DNA of 59,227 nt, filler included, from 6 parts of 6 records of this genome joined end to end with filler, not necessarily neighbours in it, one strand, 5' to 3'. Counted from the first letter of the whole stretch, positions 29,998-40,479 are shown. Program-made: numbers and translations. Notes: generated from the letters alone by a model not told the origin.

Positions 29998-31187
29998 ATA
30001 TGTAATAGAGTTGGTATTCTTACTTTATTAAAATAAAATTCATTCTGAGAGTAGTTTGGATCATATAATATTTCTTTTACTACTTCATCTGATAATTTTA
30101 GAAATTCAATTAATTTATTCGAATCAATACTTTCATCAAAACCAACTATTGATTCTTCAGCACTTTTTCCATATTGAAATATTTTAATTGCTGAATAAGT
30201 ATTTACTTCATTCCAGTAAGAGGAGTTTTTAAGAAAAGTATAATTCTTAAACGTTGACCATCCACCTGTTTGACACCAAACTGTTATTCCCGTTATTGAT
30301 TCATTATCTTTTAATTCATTATAGTATCTCTCATAATCATAACCTGTAAATGATGGATACTCTCCAAATCCCTCATACTCTCTACGTGTTTGGAGTTCAA
30401 TAATTTTCTTTTTATCATCAATAAAAAAATGCCTGTTTAGTCTCAAATATCTGAAATAATCTGTATCTCCAAATTTCATTGATATGATAAAGTTCTCACT
30501 GTTAATTCCCTCAAAGCATCTTTTATAAGTATTCTCATTCCACATCAGATCACCTATTTCATAGGCTCCAACTGTCCATGTTCTAAATATCAGATTTTTA
30601 TTTAATGCTTCAAATGATGGCAAAAGTGATTTAATAAAACTATTCGCTTCGTCAGGAGTTTTCAAAAACAGACTACTTCTAAAATCACCCTTTGTATCAA
30701 GGCCGTCTGACTCGCCTATTCTTGTGATTAAACCTTTTACATTTGGATAATCAATAAATAGTTTTTCAATTGCTTCCTTAAAAATATTAAGCTCTGTTTT
30801 TTCTCCACTTTTTATTATATTATTTATCTCATCATTATAGAACATAATATCTGTTGTCACATAAATATCTAATTCCTCTTGATCTAATATATCAAAGAGC
30901 TGATTATAGAGTTTATTATATGTTTTGAGTTTATTTCTTAATTCCTCACTGTAAAAATCAAAACTTATCATATAACATAATTCATCCATTGAAACTGAGT
31001 TATACCCTATATTCTTTGCACTTTTTATATACTTTGTAAAAGCTTTTACAATTTTATTAATAGTTTTGTCAGTTAGCACGCCCTGTTTTTCAATATGAGA
31101 AAATGGAATTTTTGACCAATTAATTTTTTTCTTCTTACTTTTAATAAAAAACGGACTTATCGTATCAATCATGTAGATCTTTTTCAA
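29998..31187 (-). CDS. Conserved hypothetical protein, possible glycoside-hydrolase-like TIM barrel (3' truncated)
   Basis: TTG start with GGGGG RBS; enzyme-like motifs RIGESDG, RTWTVG, RREYEGFGEYP, WCQTGGW. Confidence 0.55.
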
Positions 31188-31405
31188 TGTTATCCCCCTA
31201 AAATTATTCTAGAATTTTTAGACTTTTGAGTAAATCACCAACGCTTAAATGCTTATTCTGTAAACTCTTACGCCTCAAAATTATAGTAAACTATATTTAA
31301 AATTCTTTTTTATTATAACAACAAATCTACTTTAGATACATTGGTTTTACAGCTCTTTTGCAGGATTAAAACATTGATTTTACAAACATCGTCTCAAATA
31401 AAAAC

Positions 31406-31429
31406 AGGGCGAATACAAGTTCGCCCTAC
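31406..31429 (-). repeat. GTAG-family REP-like palindrome (may act as the gshAB terminator)
   Basis: Minus strand GTAGGGCGAACTTGTATTCGCCCT: 5' GTAG plus an 8-bp stem. Confidence 0.55.
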
Positions 31430-31449
31430 TAACAATATTTTATTCTCTT

Positions 31450-33792
31450 TTAATATCCTAATAAATCTAATACTTTTTTACCTAGTTCTCTATTTTTACC
31501 TTTATATGGATAACAGTGGATATGAATTGCCGGATTAAAATTAAGCTCAATAATTGCATAATTTCCATCTGGATTAGGATTTTTAATATCCTTTATCATC
31601 ATATCAACTCCGCAAATTTTAGCTCCTGCTGCTTTAGCTGATTCAACAGCTATATCTTTATATACCTGTAAGATATCGTCTGTATAATCAATGCTGTCTC
31701 CACCTGTGCTAATATTTGAATTCTCTCTCAAATAAACTGTTTCATCCTCTGCCGGAATATAATCAAAACTTTTGTTCTGATTTTTCAGGAACATCTCTTC
31801 TGCGTCACCTAGGTTTATTTTTTCAAGAGGAGTTTTATAGCCTTTTCCTCTTAATGAATCTTTATTTTTCTCCCTCACTAATTCTCTTATGTTACTTTTT
31901 CCATCACCTGTTACATTTGCAGGCACTCTTCGTAATATCGCAGATACTTCATCGCCCATCACCACAAATCTATACTCTCGCCCGTCTATAAACTCTTCTA
32001 CTAAAATCGACGAGTCTTCGGCAAAAGCCATCTCTATAGCTTTATCATAATCTTCTCTGCTTGCTTTATCAGTAAATATAGATATTCCTAGTCCAAAATT
32101 AGTCGATTTAGGTTTTATTACAATTGCATTATCTTTATATTTTTCATAGTCAAATTTCGCGTCTTCCTGTGTTGTATAATAATCTCCCAATGGTACTTTA
32201 ACTTTTGCTTTTTCCAGAACTTTTTTTGTTACCAGTTTATTTTCCATAACAAGCATTGTACTGTATGAGTCAAGTGATGTCTTTGTTGCTTGTTTAATAT
32301 ACTCAACCTGCTCACCATTATCAAGCATTAAGAAATTCTCCGCTCTATCTAACAGCTCAAATTTTATTCCTCTTTTAATTGCTTCTTTCAAAAGTATCTG
32401 TGTTGATAATTCCAAATCTTCGAATCCTTTAAGTGAATATGAACTATTTTTGCTCTCTTCCAAGTACTGTTCAGCTTTATTTAAGTGAAAATCTATAAAG
32501 TTTGAATCCTTAACTCCTGTAAGTAATTTTTGAATATATTGTTTCTCTTTATTTTCAAGTTTAGATTTTTGATAATTAAGTATCTCAACTCTTTCATCTG
32601 TTTTCAGATCAAAAGCAGTTAATATCTCCTCTATTCCGTTTATTACTTTTTCACCTTTTTCTTCTGCTGTTACAAAAGAACCATCTTCACGCCTAAACAC
32701 TACCTCATCTGCTTTTCCTGAAGTAGCAGCTTTACATTGATTTTTCTCATACATTTTATATTTCTCTTCGTTTATTACGCTGCCATCTTCGAATAAGCAA
32801 AATAATAAAAACATGTGTACAAATTCCAAATCCTTTAAACTCAGGCCTGTTTTCTCAAATGGATTCAAATCTATTGTTCTTATCTCAACATACTCAATTC
32901 CATCTTCTTCCAATTCTACTAATAAATTCTGACTTTTTTTGGATTTTAATCTAATAGGACTATAAAACTCCTTAATACTATCAATTTTTTTATGCTCTAC
33001 TAGTTCTTTGATTGAATTAATATAGTCTTCAACCGAGTCATGAGAAACAAACAAATTCTCTTTATTTCTATATCCACAGACACCATTTCTAAATGAAAGA
33101 GTATTCTCAAAATAATATGAGTCTTCTGATAACTGAATCATCTTATCAAGGCACTCATCTCTATAAGAAACATGCGCAGGAGAACTTGCTCCCAGCAGAT
33201 ACATTAATAACCATCTGTATTTTAAATAATTTCTTGCTGTTTTCAAATATACTTCATTTTTAAATTCTTTAAAGCTTGTCTGATTATTTAATTTCTCATG
33301 TAAAGTTCTCAAAAAATCACCTGAAAAAGAAAAATTAAAGTGAACTCCTGACATTAGTTGTAATTTCTTACCATACTTTTCAGCTAAATGCTCTCTATAA
33401 TCATAGGCTGCTTTTCCTTTTTCACTATTGTCATATTTAGCGATTGGAATTTCAGCTTCATCAGGCAGTATTGCCGGCAAACTTTGAGGCCATAAATATT
33501 CATCTTTTAATTCTAAGCTCACAATATCATGAAGGTTCTCCATGAATTTATAAGCGCTCTCTACCGAGTCACATACCGGAGTTATCATCTCTACCTGACT
33601 CTCAGAGAAATCAACTGTAATATACGGATTTTTTAACTTATTTCCAAATATAGCCGGATGAGCTGTTTGAGCCAGTTTTCCCTCTTTATCTACTCTAAGA
33701 TTCTCTTTTTCAATTCCAAAATTCCCTTTGAAAACATATCTTTGCAAATTATTCTCTTTTATTATATTAAATAAAGTCGATTTATTAAGCAT
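31450..33792 (-). CDS. gshAB: Bifunctional glutamate-cysteine ligase/glutathione synthetase
   Basis: GIEKENLRV, VDFSESQVEMITP, SGVHFNFS, EFYSPIR; ELSTQIL; ATP-grasp KPKSTNFGLGI, NISTGGD, IELNFNP. ATG 33792 has a GGGGG RBS. Confidence 0.95.
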   Translation of the reverse strand: MLNKSTLFNIIKENNLQRYVFKGNFGIEKENLRVDKEGKLAQTAHPAIFGNKLKNPYITVDFSESQVEMITPVCDSVESAYKFMENLHDIVSLELKDEYLWPQSLPAILPDEAEIPIAKYDNSEKGKAAYDYREHLAEKYGKKLQLMSGVHFNFSFSGDFLRTLHEKLNNQTSFKEFKNEVYLKTARNYLKYRWLLMYLLGASSPAHVSYRDECLDKMIQLSEDSYYFENTLSFRNGVCGYRNKENLFVSHDSVEDYINSIKELVEHKKIDSIKEFYSPIRLKSKKSQNLLVELEEDGIEYVEIRTIDLNPFEKTGLSLKDLEFVHMFLLFCLFEDGSVINEEKYKMYEKNQCKAATSGKADEVVFRREDGSFVTAEEKGEKVINGIEEILTAFDLKTDERVEILNYQKSKLENKEKQYIQKLLTGVKDSNFIDFHLNKAEQYLEESKNSSYSLKGFEDLELSTQILLKEAIKRGIKFELLDRAENFLMLDNGEQVEYIKQATKTSLDSYSTMLVMENKLVTKKVLEKAKVKVPLGDYYTTQEDAKFDYEKYKDNAIVIKPKSTNFGLGISIFTDKASREDYDKAIEMAFAEDSSILVEEFIDGREYRFVVMGDEVSAILRRVPANVTGDGKSNIRELVREKNKDSLRGKGYKTPLEKINLGDAEEMFLKNQNKSFDYIPAEDETVYLRENSNISTGGDSIDYTDDILQVYKDIAVESAKAAGAKICGVDMMIKDIKNPNPDGNYAIIELNFNPAIHIHCYPYKGKNRELGKKVLDLLGY

Positions 33793-35137
33793 TTGCTTCC
33801 CCCTTGGCAATTTTTAATTTCATTTCATCTATTTTCCCTTTAAATATTATTGGCGAAATTATTCCTTTTAATATACTTGTTATTGCGATACTAAACCATA
33901 CTCCGTTAAGTCCCAGGAGCTTCTCATGCGATAATATTAATGCTATTGGGATTCTAAGAGAAGTAATTGAGATACTTATCATAGACGGTATCTTTGGTTT
34001 TCCAATTCCACTAAATGCGGCATTTGTTACTATCTCCACACACATGAACAGTTGTGATAATCCAATAAATCTCAGATAATTCACTCCAAGCTTAATTGTA
34101 CTTGGTTCATTTACAAATATCATCACCAAATATTTAGGAAAAACTGTAAATAGAAGTGTCGTCATAGTTCCCCAAGCCATTATCAACATAAAAGCAGTTT
34201 TATACCCTTTAATAATTCTTTCATATTTTTTCGCACCGAAATTTTGTCCCACAAATGCTGAAACAGCTCCGTGCATTCCGGCAGATGTCATATATGATAG
34301 GGCTTCGATTTGAAGTCCGATTTTTTGTGCTGCAATTGCATCTGATCCCCAGTTTGCAATTATTTTCCCCAGTACTATTCCAAATATTGTAAACAGAACT
34401 CTCTGCAAAGCCATTGGTGTACCAAGAAAAACAATATCTTTTACTTTTTCTCTATCAAATTTCAAGTTAAAATCTATTCCATATTTTGAATGCCCAACTT
34501 TAATAAATATAATAATATTTATAATCTGCGCAATTATTGTAGCAATCGCCGCTCCGGCTACTCCCCATTTAAATACAATGATAAATAGAGCATCCAAAAC
34601 TATATTCGTCGTAATTCCAACACTTCCTATTTTAAATGATGTTTTACTATCACCCAAACTGTTGAGAAGCCTTCCATATAACATACTTGTAAAGTTAAGA
34701 ACTAATCCACTACCTATTATTGTTAAATAAAGTTTTGCTGTCTGCTCAACTTCAGGATTTCCCAGATCAAAGAACTCAATCAGTTGATTTTTAAATATTA
34801 ATAACAGCATTGAGTAAAACAGTGTTATTGCTGTATTCAGGAAAAATGCCGAACTAATATATTTCTGTACTTCCTCTTTTTTTCCTTCACCAATCTTCTG
34901 CGCTACTTTTATTCCTGCACCTGTTACAATTATTGAGTTTAGTGCATATCCTAAATTTATAAAGAAACTTGCTGTTCCTATTGCTCCTACAGCGTCACTT
35001 CCTACAAATTTACCTATCCAAATCATATCTACCACATTATATGTCATCTGTAGTATAAATGACCCCATAATAGGGATTGCTAATTTAATCAGTGTACTTG
35101 CTATATTTCCTTGAGTCAAATCTTTTACTTTTTTCAT
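33785..35137 (-). CDS. MATE family efflux transporter
   Basis: DLTQGNI…LAIP, YNVVDMIW, GDSKT, GVAGAAIAT, GQNFGA. Confidence 0.92.
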   Translation of the reverse strand: MKKVKDLTQGNIASTLIKLAIPIMGSFILQMTYNVVDMIWIGKFVGSDAVGAIGTASFFINLGYALNSIIVTGAGIKVAQKIGEGKKEEVQKYISSAFFLNTAITLFYSMLLLIFKNQLIEFFDLGNPEVEQTAKLYLTIIGSGLVLNFTSMLYGRLLNSLGDSKTSFKIGSVGITTNIVLDALFIIVFKWGVAGAAIATIIAQIINIIIFIKVGHSKYGIDFNLKFDREKVKDIVFLGTPMALQRVLFTIFGIVLGKIIANWGSDAIAAQKIGLQIEALSYMTSAGMHGAVSAFVGQNFGAKKYERIIKGYKTAFMLIMAWGTMTTLLFTVFPKYLVMIFVNEPSTIKLGVNYLRFIGLSQLFMCVEIVTNAAFSGIGKPKIPSMISISITSLRIPIALILSHEKLLGLNGVWFSIAITSILKGIISPIIFKGKIDEMKLKIAKGEANA

Positions 35138-35138
35138 C

Positions 35139-35600
35139 TTATCCTTCTTCACTCTCTCTAGTATTTTCGAATGCTTCTGTCAGTATAGTTACTGCTTCAA
35201 ATACTACTTTTCTTTTTTCTTTTGATATTTTACACAGTACTGAACCATAGTGTTTGATAAAAAGTTCTTTTAACTCAATAGCTGTTTCACTTCCTTTTAC
35301 TGTTAAACTAACTATTGAGACTCTTCTATCATTAGGGTCTTTCTCTTTTTTCACTAAATCTTTTTTAACAAGTTTCTCTACATTTCGTGTAGCTGTACTT
35401 TGATCTACTTCCATAAGTTTACTTAGCTCGTTCATAGCTAAATTCCCTGTTCTCTCCAGATTCATTAATAAAAGAGCTTGCGGATTTGTAAACCCTTTCT
35501 CTTTAAATATATTTCTTTCCATTATAAAAGACAGTCTAGCTAATTTCTGCATCTCTTCTGCACAACAAACCTCTTTATCCTCTAACACATTATTTATCAT
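35139..35600 (-). CDS. MarR family transcriptional regulator with N-terminal Cys-Cys
   Basis: wHTH (MNELSKLMEVDQSTATRNVEKLV), wing DPNDRR…LT..G; VCC near the N-terminus. Confidence 0.9.
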   Translation of the reverse strand: MINNVLEDKEVCCAEEMQKLARLSFIMERNIFKEKGFTNPQALLLMNLERTGNLAMNELSKLMEVDQSTATRNVEKLVKKDLVKKEKDPNDRRVSIVSLTVKGSETAIELKELFIKHYGSVLCKISKEKRKVVFEAVTILTEAFENTRESEEG

Positions 35601-35646
35601 CTTTTTTACGCTCCTATTAATTTTAATTTGAAGTATTCAGATAAGT

Positions 35647-35708
35647 TATTTGTATTATACATATTTGTATCATGCAAGTATCTTATCATTAAATTCTGTT
35701 TGAGTCAA
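35647..35708 (-). promoter_or_regulatory. Promoter of the marR operon with tandem palindromic operator candidates
   Basis: TTGACT-N17-TAAGAT with TGn extension. Two imperfect palindromes, TATTTGTA-TTA-TACATAT and TATTTGTA-TCA-TGCAAGTA (35647-35680), cover the predicted start site. Confidence 0.65.
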
Positions 35709-35905
35709 TATAAAAAATTCGACAATACAAAAAAAGAAATCCCTCATTGAATTAATAATAAAAATTACTAACTCAAAGAGGAACTATTTAATTTATCTTT
35801 GGATATTCATGGTTAAATTAATTTTTTAGCATAACTAGTACAAACACATATTCGCAGCCAAATTATTCTTTGTACGCTAATAAGCACAAATTGATCCAAA
35901 TAAAA

Positions 35906-35967
35906 ATCCGTGTTCATCTGTATCTATCTGTGGTTATATTTGATTTTGGCCACGGATGCATAGGATT
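35906..35967. repeat. Short tandem and inverted ATC(C/T)GT repeat at contig end
   Basis: ATCCGTGTTC-ATCTGTATCT-ATCTGTGGTT (10-nt period), then an inverted copy GCCACGGATGC… cut by the contig end. Confidence 0.5.
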
Positions 35968-36067
35968 NNNNNNNNNNNNNNNNNNNNNNNNNNNNNNNNN
36001 NNNNNNNNNNNTTAATTAATTAANNNNNNNNNNNNNNNNNNNNNNNNNNNNNNNNNNNNNNNNNNNN
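35968..36067. other. Artificial contig linker
   Basis: 44 N + TTAATTAATTAA + 44 N. Confidence 0.99.
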
Positions 36068-36093
36068 AATTAAATTCGACCTGCGGAATGTAG

Positions 36094-36540
36094 GATACTA
36101 ACTTACAGATAATTCCAATCCCAATAGCCCGTTCTGAAATTGTTGTATTTTCAAAAATAAAATTTCCGGTAAAAGACTGGGAAAGTTTGCGTCCTTATTC
36201 AATCGGAGTGGAGAGAGGATTTAAACTCGTTGAAACAAACACTCAAGGTATGAAAGTCAATACATGTAATACTATTAAAAAAACTTTTCAATTGCTCGGT
36301 TTTGATAGAGTTGATGTCGTTGTGCAAAGTCGAATTGAAGGCCTTTATGAAATTAAAACTCTGGGGCTTAAAGGAATTCATGTTATGGAACCTCCAATAG
36401 CGAGAGAATCCGTCTATCATCATTTACATAAGAAACATACCTCCCTGGTTCCTGAGATCACAAAAGTTTTACATAGGATGGAGAAAAATGGGGAAATTCT
36501 GAAAATAAAAAATGAAGTCATTGAAAAAATGCTTAAATAA
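36094..36540 (+). CDS. C-terminal fragment of a family-3 (PBP2) substrate-binding domain protein; possibly disrupted
   Basis: WESLRPYSIGVERG, LLGFDRVDVVV, YHHLHKKH…L..M…G. In-frame TAG at 36091 close to the contig end. Confidence 0.6.
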   Translation, partial: DTNLQIIPIPIARSEIVVFSKIKFPVKDWESLRPYSIGVERGFKLVETNTQGMKVNTCNTIKKTFQLLGFDRVDVVVQSRIEGLYEIKTLGLKGIHVMEPPIARESVYHHLHKKHTSLVPEITKVLHRMEKNGEILKIKNEVIEKMLK

Positions 36541-36637
36541 TAACAAACATTTTGAATTATGCGGAACAGAATTAGAATGACTCAAGGTTGAGTTTAACGC
36601 TCCTCTCCAACCGGAAGGAGGGGAGCAGGGATGAATT

Positions 36638-38035
36638 CTATTGTCTGAAGCGGGCCATGTCCATGCCAAGGCGTTTGATGATCTTTTGGATGGACGCGCG
36701 CTCCAGGCCGCTGATCCTTGAGGTCTCTGAGATGTTTCCCCGGGTGAGTTCAAAGAGCGTGGTGAGGTAATCCCTGGAAAAGATGTCCAGGGCCTCTTTT
36801 TTGGCTTCTTTGTAAGGAATGTGGCCGGCGGACCGGACGGGATCGAAATCCCCAGCTTTTCCCTCCACAAGGTTGACGAGGGGCAGGTCGATGGTCCGGC
36901 CGTTGGAGAACACGGCCAGGCGTCGGACATAGTTCAAAAGTTCCCGGATGTTGCCCTGCCATGGCTGGCGGGAAATGTAGGAGAGGGCCGAAGGGTCGAT
37001 GTCCATGGCTGAAATGCCGAGCTCTTCACAGGTTTTGAGAATGAACTGCCGGACCAGGACCGGGATGTCGGCCCGTCGTTTTCTTAAGGGGGGAACCACG
37101 AGGGAGAGCACATTGAGACGGTAGTAGAGATCCTCCCGGAAGGTGCCGTCGGCGATCTTTTGTTGGAGATCCTGGTTGGTCAGGGCGATGATCCTTACAT
37201 CGGCGGTCTTTGAGGTGCTGCTGCCTACGGGCTTGACCTCCTTGTCCTGAAGGAATTTCAGGAGCTTGGCCTGGATGGGCAGGCTGATGTCGCCGATCTC
37301 GTCCAGGATGAGGGTGCCCTTGTCCGCGGACATGAAAAAGCCTTCCCGGTTTCTTTCCGCCCCTGTGAAGGAGCCTTTTACATGGCCGAACAGCTCGCTT
37401 TCCAGGAGCTGCTCCGGTATGGCCGGGCAGTTCAGGGCGTGGCAGGATTTTGCCTTACGTTTTGAAAGCCTGTGGATGATCCGTGCGACATACTCCTTGC
37501 CGCTGCCGGACTCCCCGGTGATGAGCACGGTGTAGTCAGTGGCTGAGATGGCGGTCACCTTTTCCATGAGCTGTTTCATTTCATGGCTTTCAAAGTGGAG
37601 GGTTCGGTCGGCGGTGAAGTTCTTGATCATCTCGGTCAACCGCTTGTTTTCCGTGGCAAGGCTGTAGTGGGCCACGGCTTTTTCAACCGTATGGAACAGG
37701 GCCTCCCGCTCCACGGGTTTGGTGATGAAATCCCAGGCGCCCTCCTTCAGGGCATTGACGGCATTGTCCACCGTGGCATAGCCCGTGAGCATGATCACAC
37801 AGAGATGGGGGGAGATCCCAAGGGCTTTGGGAAGAAGATCGAGGCCTGACAGGCCCGGCATCCTCAGGTCCGACAGCATCACACCGATGGTTTCCTCCCG
37901 GAGCCGCGCCAGGGCCTCTTCCCCGGAGGAGGCCCCGAGGATGCTGATGCCGGTGAATTTTTTTTCAAGATTCCTGATAATACCCTTTAAGAAATCCTTG
38001 TCATCGTCAACGACAAGGATGGAAAAATCACCCAT
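36638..38035 (-). CDS. NtrC-family sigma-54-dependent response regulator
   Basis: Receiver (VDDD, SDLRMP, KP), GESGSGKE, ESELFGHVKGSFTGA, FREDLYYRLNV, C-terminal Fis-type HTH. Confidence 0.95.
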   Translation of the reverse strand: MGDFSILVVDDDKDFLKGIIRNLEKKFTGISILGASSGEEALARLREETIGVMLSDLRMPGLSGLDLLPKALGISPHLCVIMLTGYATVDNAVNALKEGAWDFITKPVEREALFHTVEKAVAHYSLATENKRLTEMIKNFTADRTLHFESHEMKQLMEKVTAISATDYTVLITGESGSGKEYVARIIHRLSKRKAKSCHALNCPAIPEQLLESELFGHVKGSFTGAERNREGFFMSADKGTLILDEIGDISLPIQAKLLKFLQDKEVKPVGSSTSKTADVRIIALTNQDLQQKIADGTFREDLYYRLNVLSLVVPPLRKRRADIPVLVRQFILKTCEELGISAMDIDPSALSYISRQPWQGNIRELLNYVRRLAVFSNGRTIDLPLVNLVEGKAGDFDPVRSAGHIPYKEAKKEALDIFSRDYLTTLFELTRGNISETSRISGLERASIQKIIKRLGMDMARFRQ

Positions 38036-38043
38036 AATAATTG

Positions 38044-40479
38044 CTATTCCCTTGACCGTACTGCCGGAAAATAGAGGCAGAAACGCGTGGTGTCTTCATT
38101 GGCGACTTCGATGCGGCCGCCCAGTTCATTGATAAATCCGTATACGATTGAAAGACCGAGGCCCGTGCCCTTGCCCACCTCTTTTGTGGTGTAAAAGAGG
38201 TCGAACATCTGGTCGACGACATGGTCGGGAATGCCCGGGCCGTTGTCTTCGATACTCAGAAGCACCTCGTGGCTTTCGGGGATGGCCCGGGTGGAGATGA
38301 TTACCTTTCCCCCTGTTTCCTGGAGGGCGTCAAAGGCATTGAGCCAGATGTTGGTCAGGATCTGCTCCAGGATGGCGGCATCGCATTGGATGGGGGGGAG
38401 ATTGTCACCAAGGTGGGGGATCACCCGGATGCTTTTGGAGGCGGCCTGGGCTTTGAAAACATGGATGGCGGCGGCGGCCACCTGGTTGATGCCGCACCGG
38501 CCCGAGATCACCTGTTTGGGCCGGGAGAGGGTGAGGAGATCCTGTACGATCTTCTGTACGTTCCGGGTCTGTTTCACGATCACATCAATATCCTCGTTCA
38601 CTCCCTCATCTTCCACCGCATCTTTGAGAAGATCCGTGTAGCACTGGATCACTCCGAGGGGATTGTTGATCTCATGGGCGATGCCGGCCGCCAGTTTACC
38701 GATGGCGCTCAGGCGTTCCGCCTGCTGCATCCGTGTCATCATCTTTTTTTCCATGGTGATCTCCCGGGCGTAGAGGACCATTCTCAGGTTGGAGTGATCA
38801 TGGCGGGGCAGGGGGTAGAGATAGGTCTTGAAATACCGGCCGTCCTTTGTCCGGATCTCGTCCTGGCCGGGCTTCTCATCTTCGATCACCCGGTGCAGGA
38901 GGTCCTTGCCGGACTGGTTATGCCCGGCGGGCACCATTGCCCTGGCATCCATGCCCAGGAAGGTTTCAAGCTCCCGGTCCTGGTTTGGCCGGGGCCCGAG
39001 GATAGCCGTGCTGCCCTTGTTGGCCATGAGGATGTGTCCCATGGTGTCGATGAGGAGCAGGGGGTCGGAGATCCCTTCAAAGACCGACTGGAGCATGTCG
39101 TTCTGGAACCGGATGTTTGAGATGGCCTGGATGTTCTCGATCAGGATGCCCACCTGCTGGCCCATGGCGATCAATACCGACGAATCCAGGTCGTCATGAT
39201 CCACGGTTTGTGACCATGAGATGCAGAGGATGCCGAAATGGCTTTCATGGGATTTCACCGGTATGTACACCCGGTTGTTCCTGCGCAGGATCTCATCGTT
39301 CCACAGGATCTCCTTGATATCCGGCCCAAGCTCCTGGCGGCGGGTTGCCTGTTTCCAGCAATAGTAATTTTCCGACACAACGGTGCAGTGGTAGACCACC
39401 TGGTCTGCGTCGAACCGCCTGGCAATGCCGTCAAGCACGCCATTGATGAGCTCTCCCGTATCCTCGGATTCCGCGAATATGGATAACAGCCCCAGGAACA
39501 GGTTGACATCGCCATGGTGTTTTTCCGCCGTGTCAATGAGATCTTTTGTCCTGGTTTTTACCTTGTTTTCAAGGTTCAGCGCATAATCCTCCAGTTCGTT
39601 TTTGGCCTTGGAAAGGCACAGGGCCAGCTCGTCCACCCCTTCGATCAACCCCTCGATCTCATCTTTTTTGCCCAGCTTTTCGATGATGCCCTGTTCCTGC
39701 TCCCCGGAAAACCGGGTCTTGAAAATATGGCTCAGGTGGTGGAGGTTCTTCATCACCAGCCGGTCAAAGAAAAGGCTGATCAGGCTTGCAAAGAACAGGA
39801 TGCCCAGGAGATACAGGGATATGTACTGGAAGGTCACCTCCTTGACCGGGTTTTTGATCATCTCCACGGGAAAGCCCGCAATCACCACCCCGCCGATCTC
39901 TCCCACGGTGTAGTGAAAACCGCCGGTGTATCCGTAGATTTCCAGCAATTCCTTGGGGGCGGTTACAGGATCGCCATGGCAATGCATGCAGGATTCCCCA
40001 AATTGGATGGGCCGGGCAATGAGATGGTACTCCTCTCCGTTGACCAGGGTATCATCCTCCCACCGTTTCATGTCCCGGTTGGTGTTGAACATGCGTATGA
40101 GATCCGATTCCACTTTATTGGGAGAGGACTCCTTGTTTCGGGCGTTCTTTGCCACCCGGCGGTAGTGGTAGGTGATATCGTCCTTTACGCTCAGGCGGTT
40201 CATGATCTCCCTTGAAATATAGGAGGAGGACATGGCCTTGATCAGAAAGCTGTCTTCGGGAAGTTCCTTGAACATTTCGGGTCTCAATACGGTCCTTACA
40301 TAATCCTGCACCGCATCCGACTGGGCAAGAAGCATTCTTGAACGCTGGCGTATTTCCGATTTCATGATGCTGTTGAAATGAAAATACATGGTGATACCCA
40401 GGCAGAGGCCCAGGGCCAGGGTAAAAAGCACAAGGCCCGTGATAAATTTCATCCTGATCGTCAAGGTTGTCGAAACCAT
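38044..40479 (-). CDS. Sensor histidine kinase with periplasmic c-type heme (DUF3365/Tll0287-like) domain, HAMP, GAF-like and PAS domains
   Basis: Two TM segments flank CMHCH; H-box AHEINNPL, N-box NIWLNA, DNGPG, GKGTGLGL. Confidence 0.92.
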   Translation of the reverse strand: MVSTTLTIRMKFITGLVLFTLALGLCLGITMYFHFNSIMKSEIRQRSRMLLAQSDAVQDYVRTVLRPEMFKELPEDSFLIKAMSSSYISREIMNRLSVKDDITYHYRRVAKNARNKESSPNKVESDLIRMFNTNRDMKRWEDDTLVNGEEYHLIARPIQFGESCMHCHGDPVTAPKELLEIYGYTGGFHYTVGEIGGVVIAGFPVEMIKNPVKEVTFQYISLYLLGILFFASLISLFFDRLVMKNLHHLSHIFKTRFSGEQEQGIIEKLGKKDEIEGLIEGVDELALCLSKAKNELEDYALNLENKVKTRTKDLIDTAEKHHGDVNLFLGLLSIFAESEDTGELINGVLDGIARRFDADQVVYHCTVVSENYYCWKQATRRQELGPDIKEILWNDEILRRNNRVYIPVKSHESHFGILCISWSQTVDHDDLDSSVLIAMGQQVGILIENIQAISNIRFQNDMLQSVFEGISDPLLLIDTMGHILMANKGSTAILGPRPNQDRELETFLGMDARAMVPAGHNQSGKDLLHRVIEDEKPGQDEIRTKDGRYFKTYLYPLPRHDHSNLRMVLYAREITMEKKMMTRMQQAERLSAIGKLAAGIAHEINNPLGVIQCYTDLLKDAVEDEGVNEDIDVIVKQTRNVQKIVQDLLTLSRPKQVISGRCGINQVAAAAIHVFKAQAASKSIRVIPHLGDNLPPIQCDAAILEQILTNIWLNAFDALQETGGKVIISTRAIPESHEVLLSIEDNGPGIPDHVVDQMFDLFYTTKEVGKGTGLGLSIVYGFINELGGRIEVANEDTTRFCLYFPAVRSRE

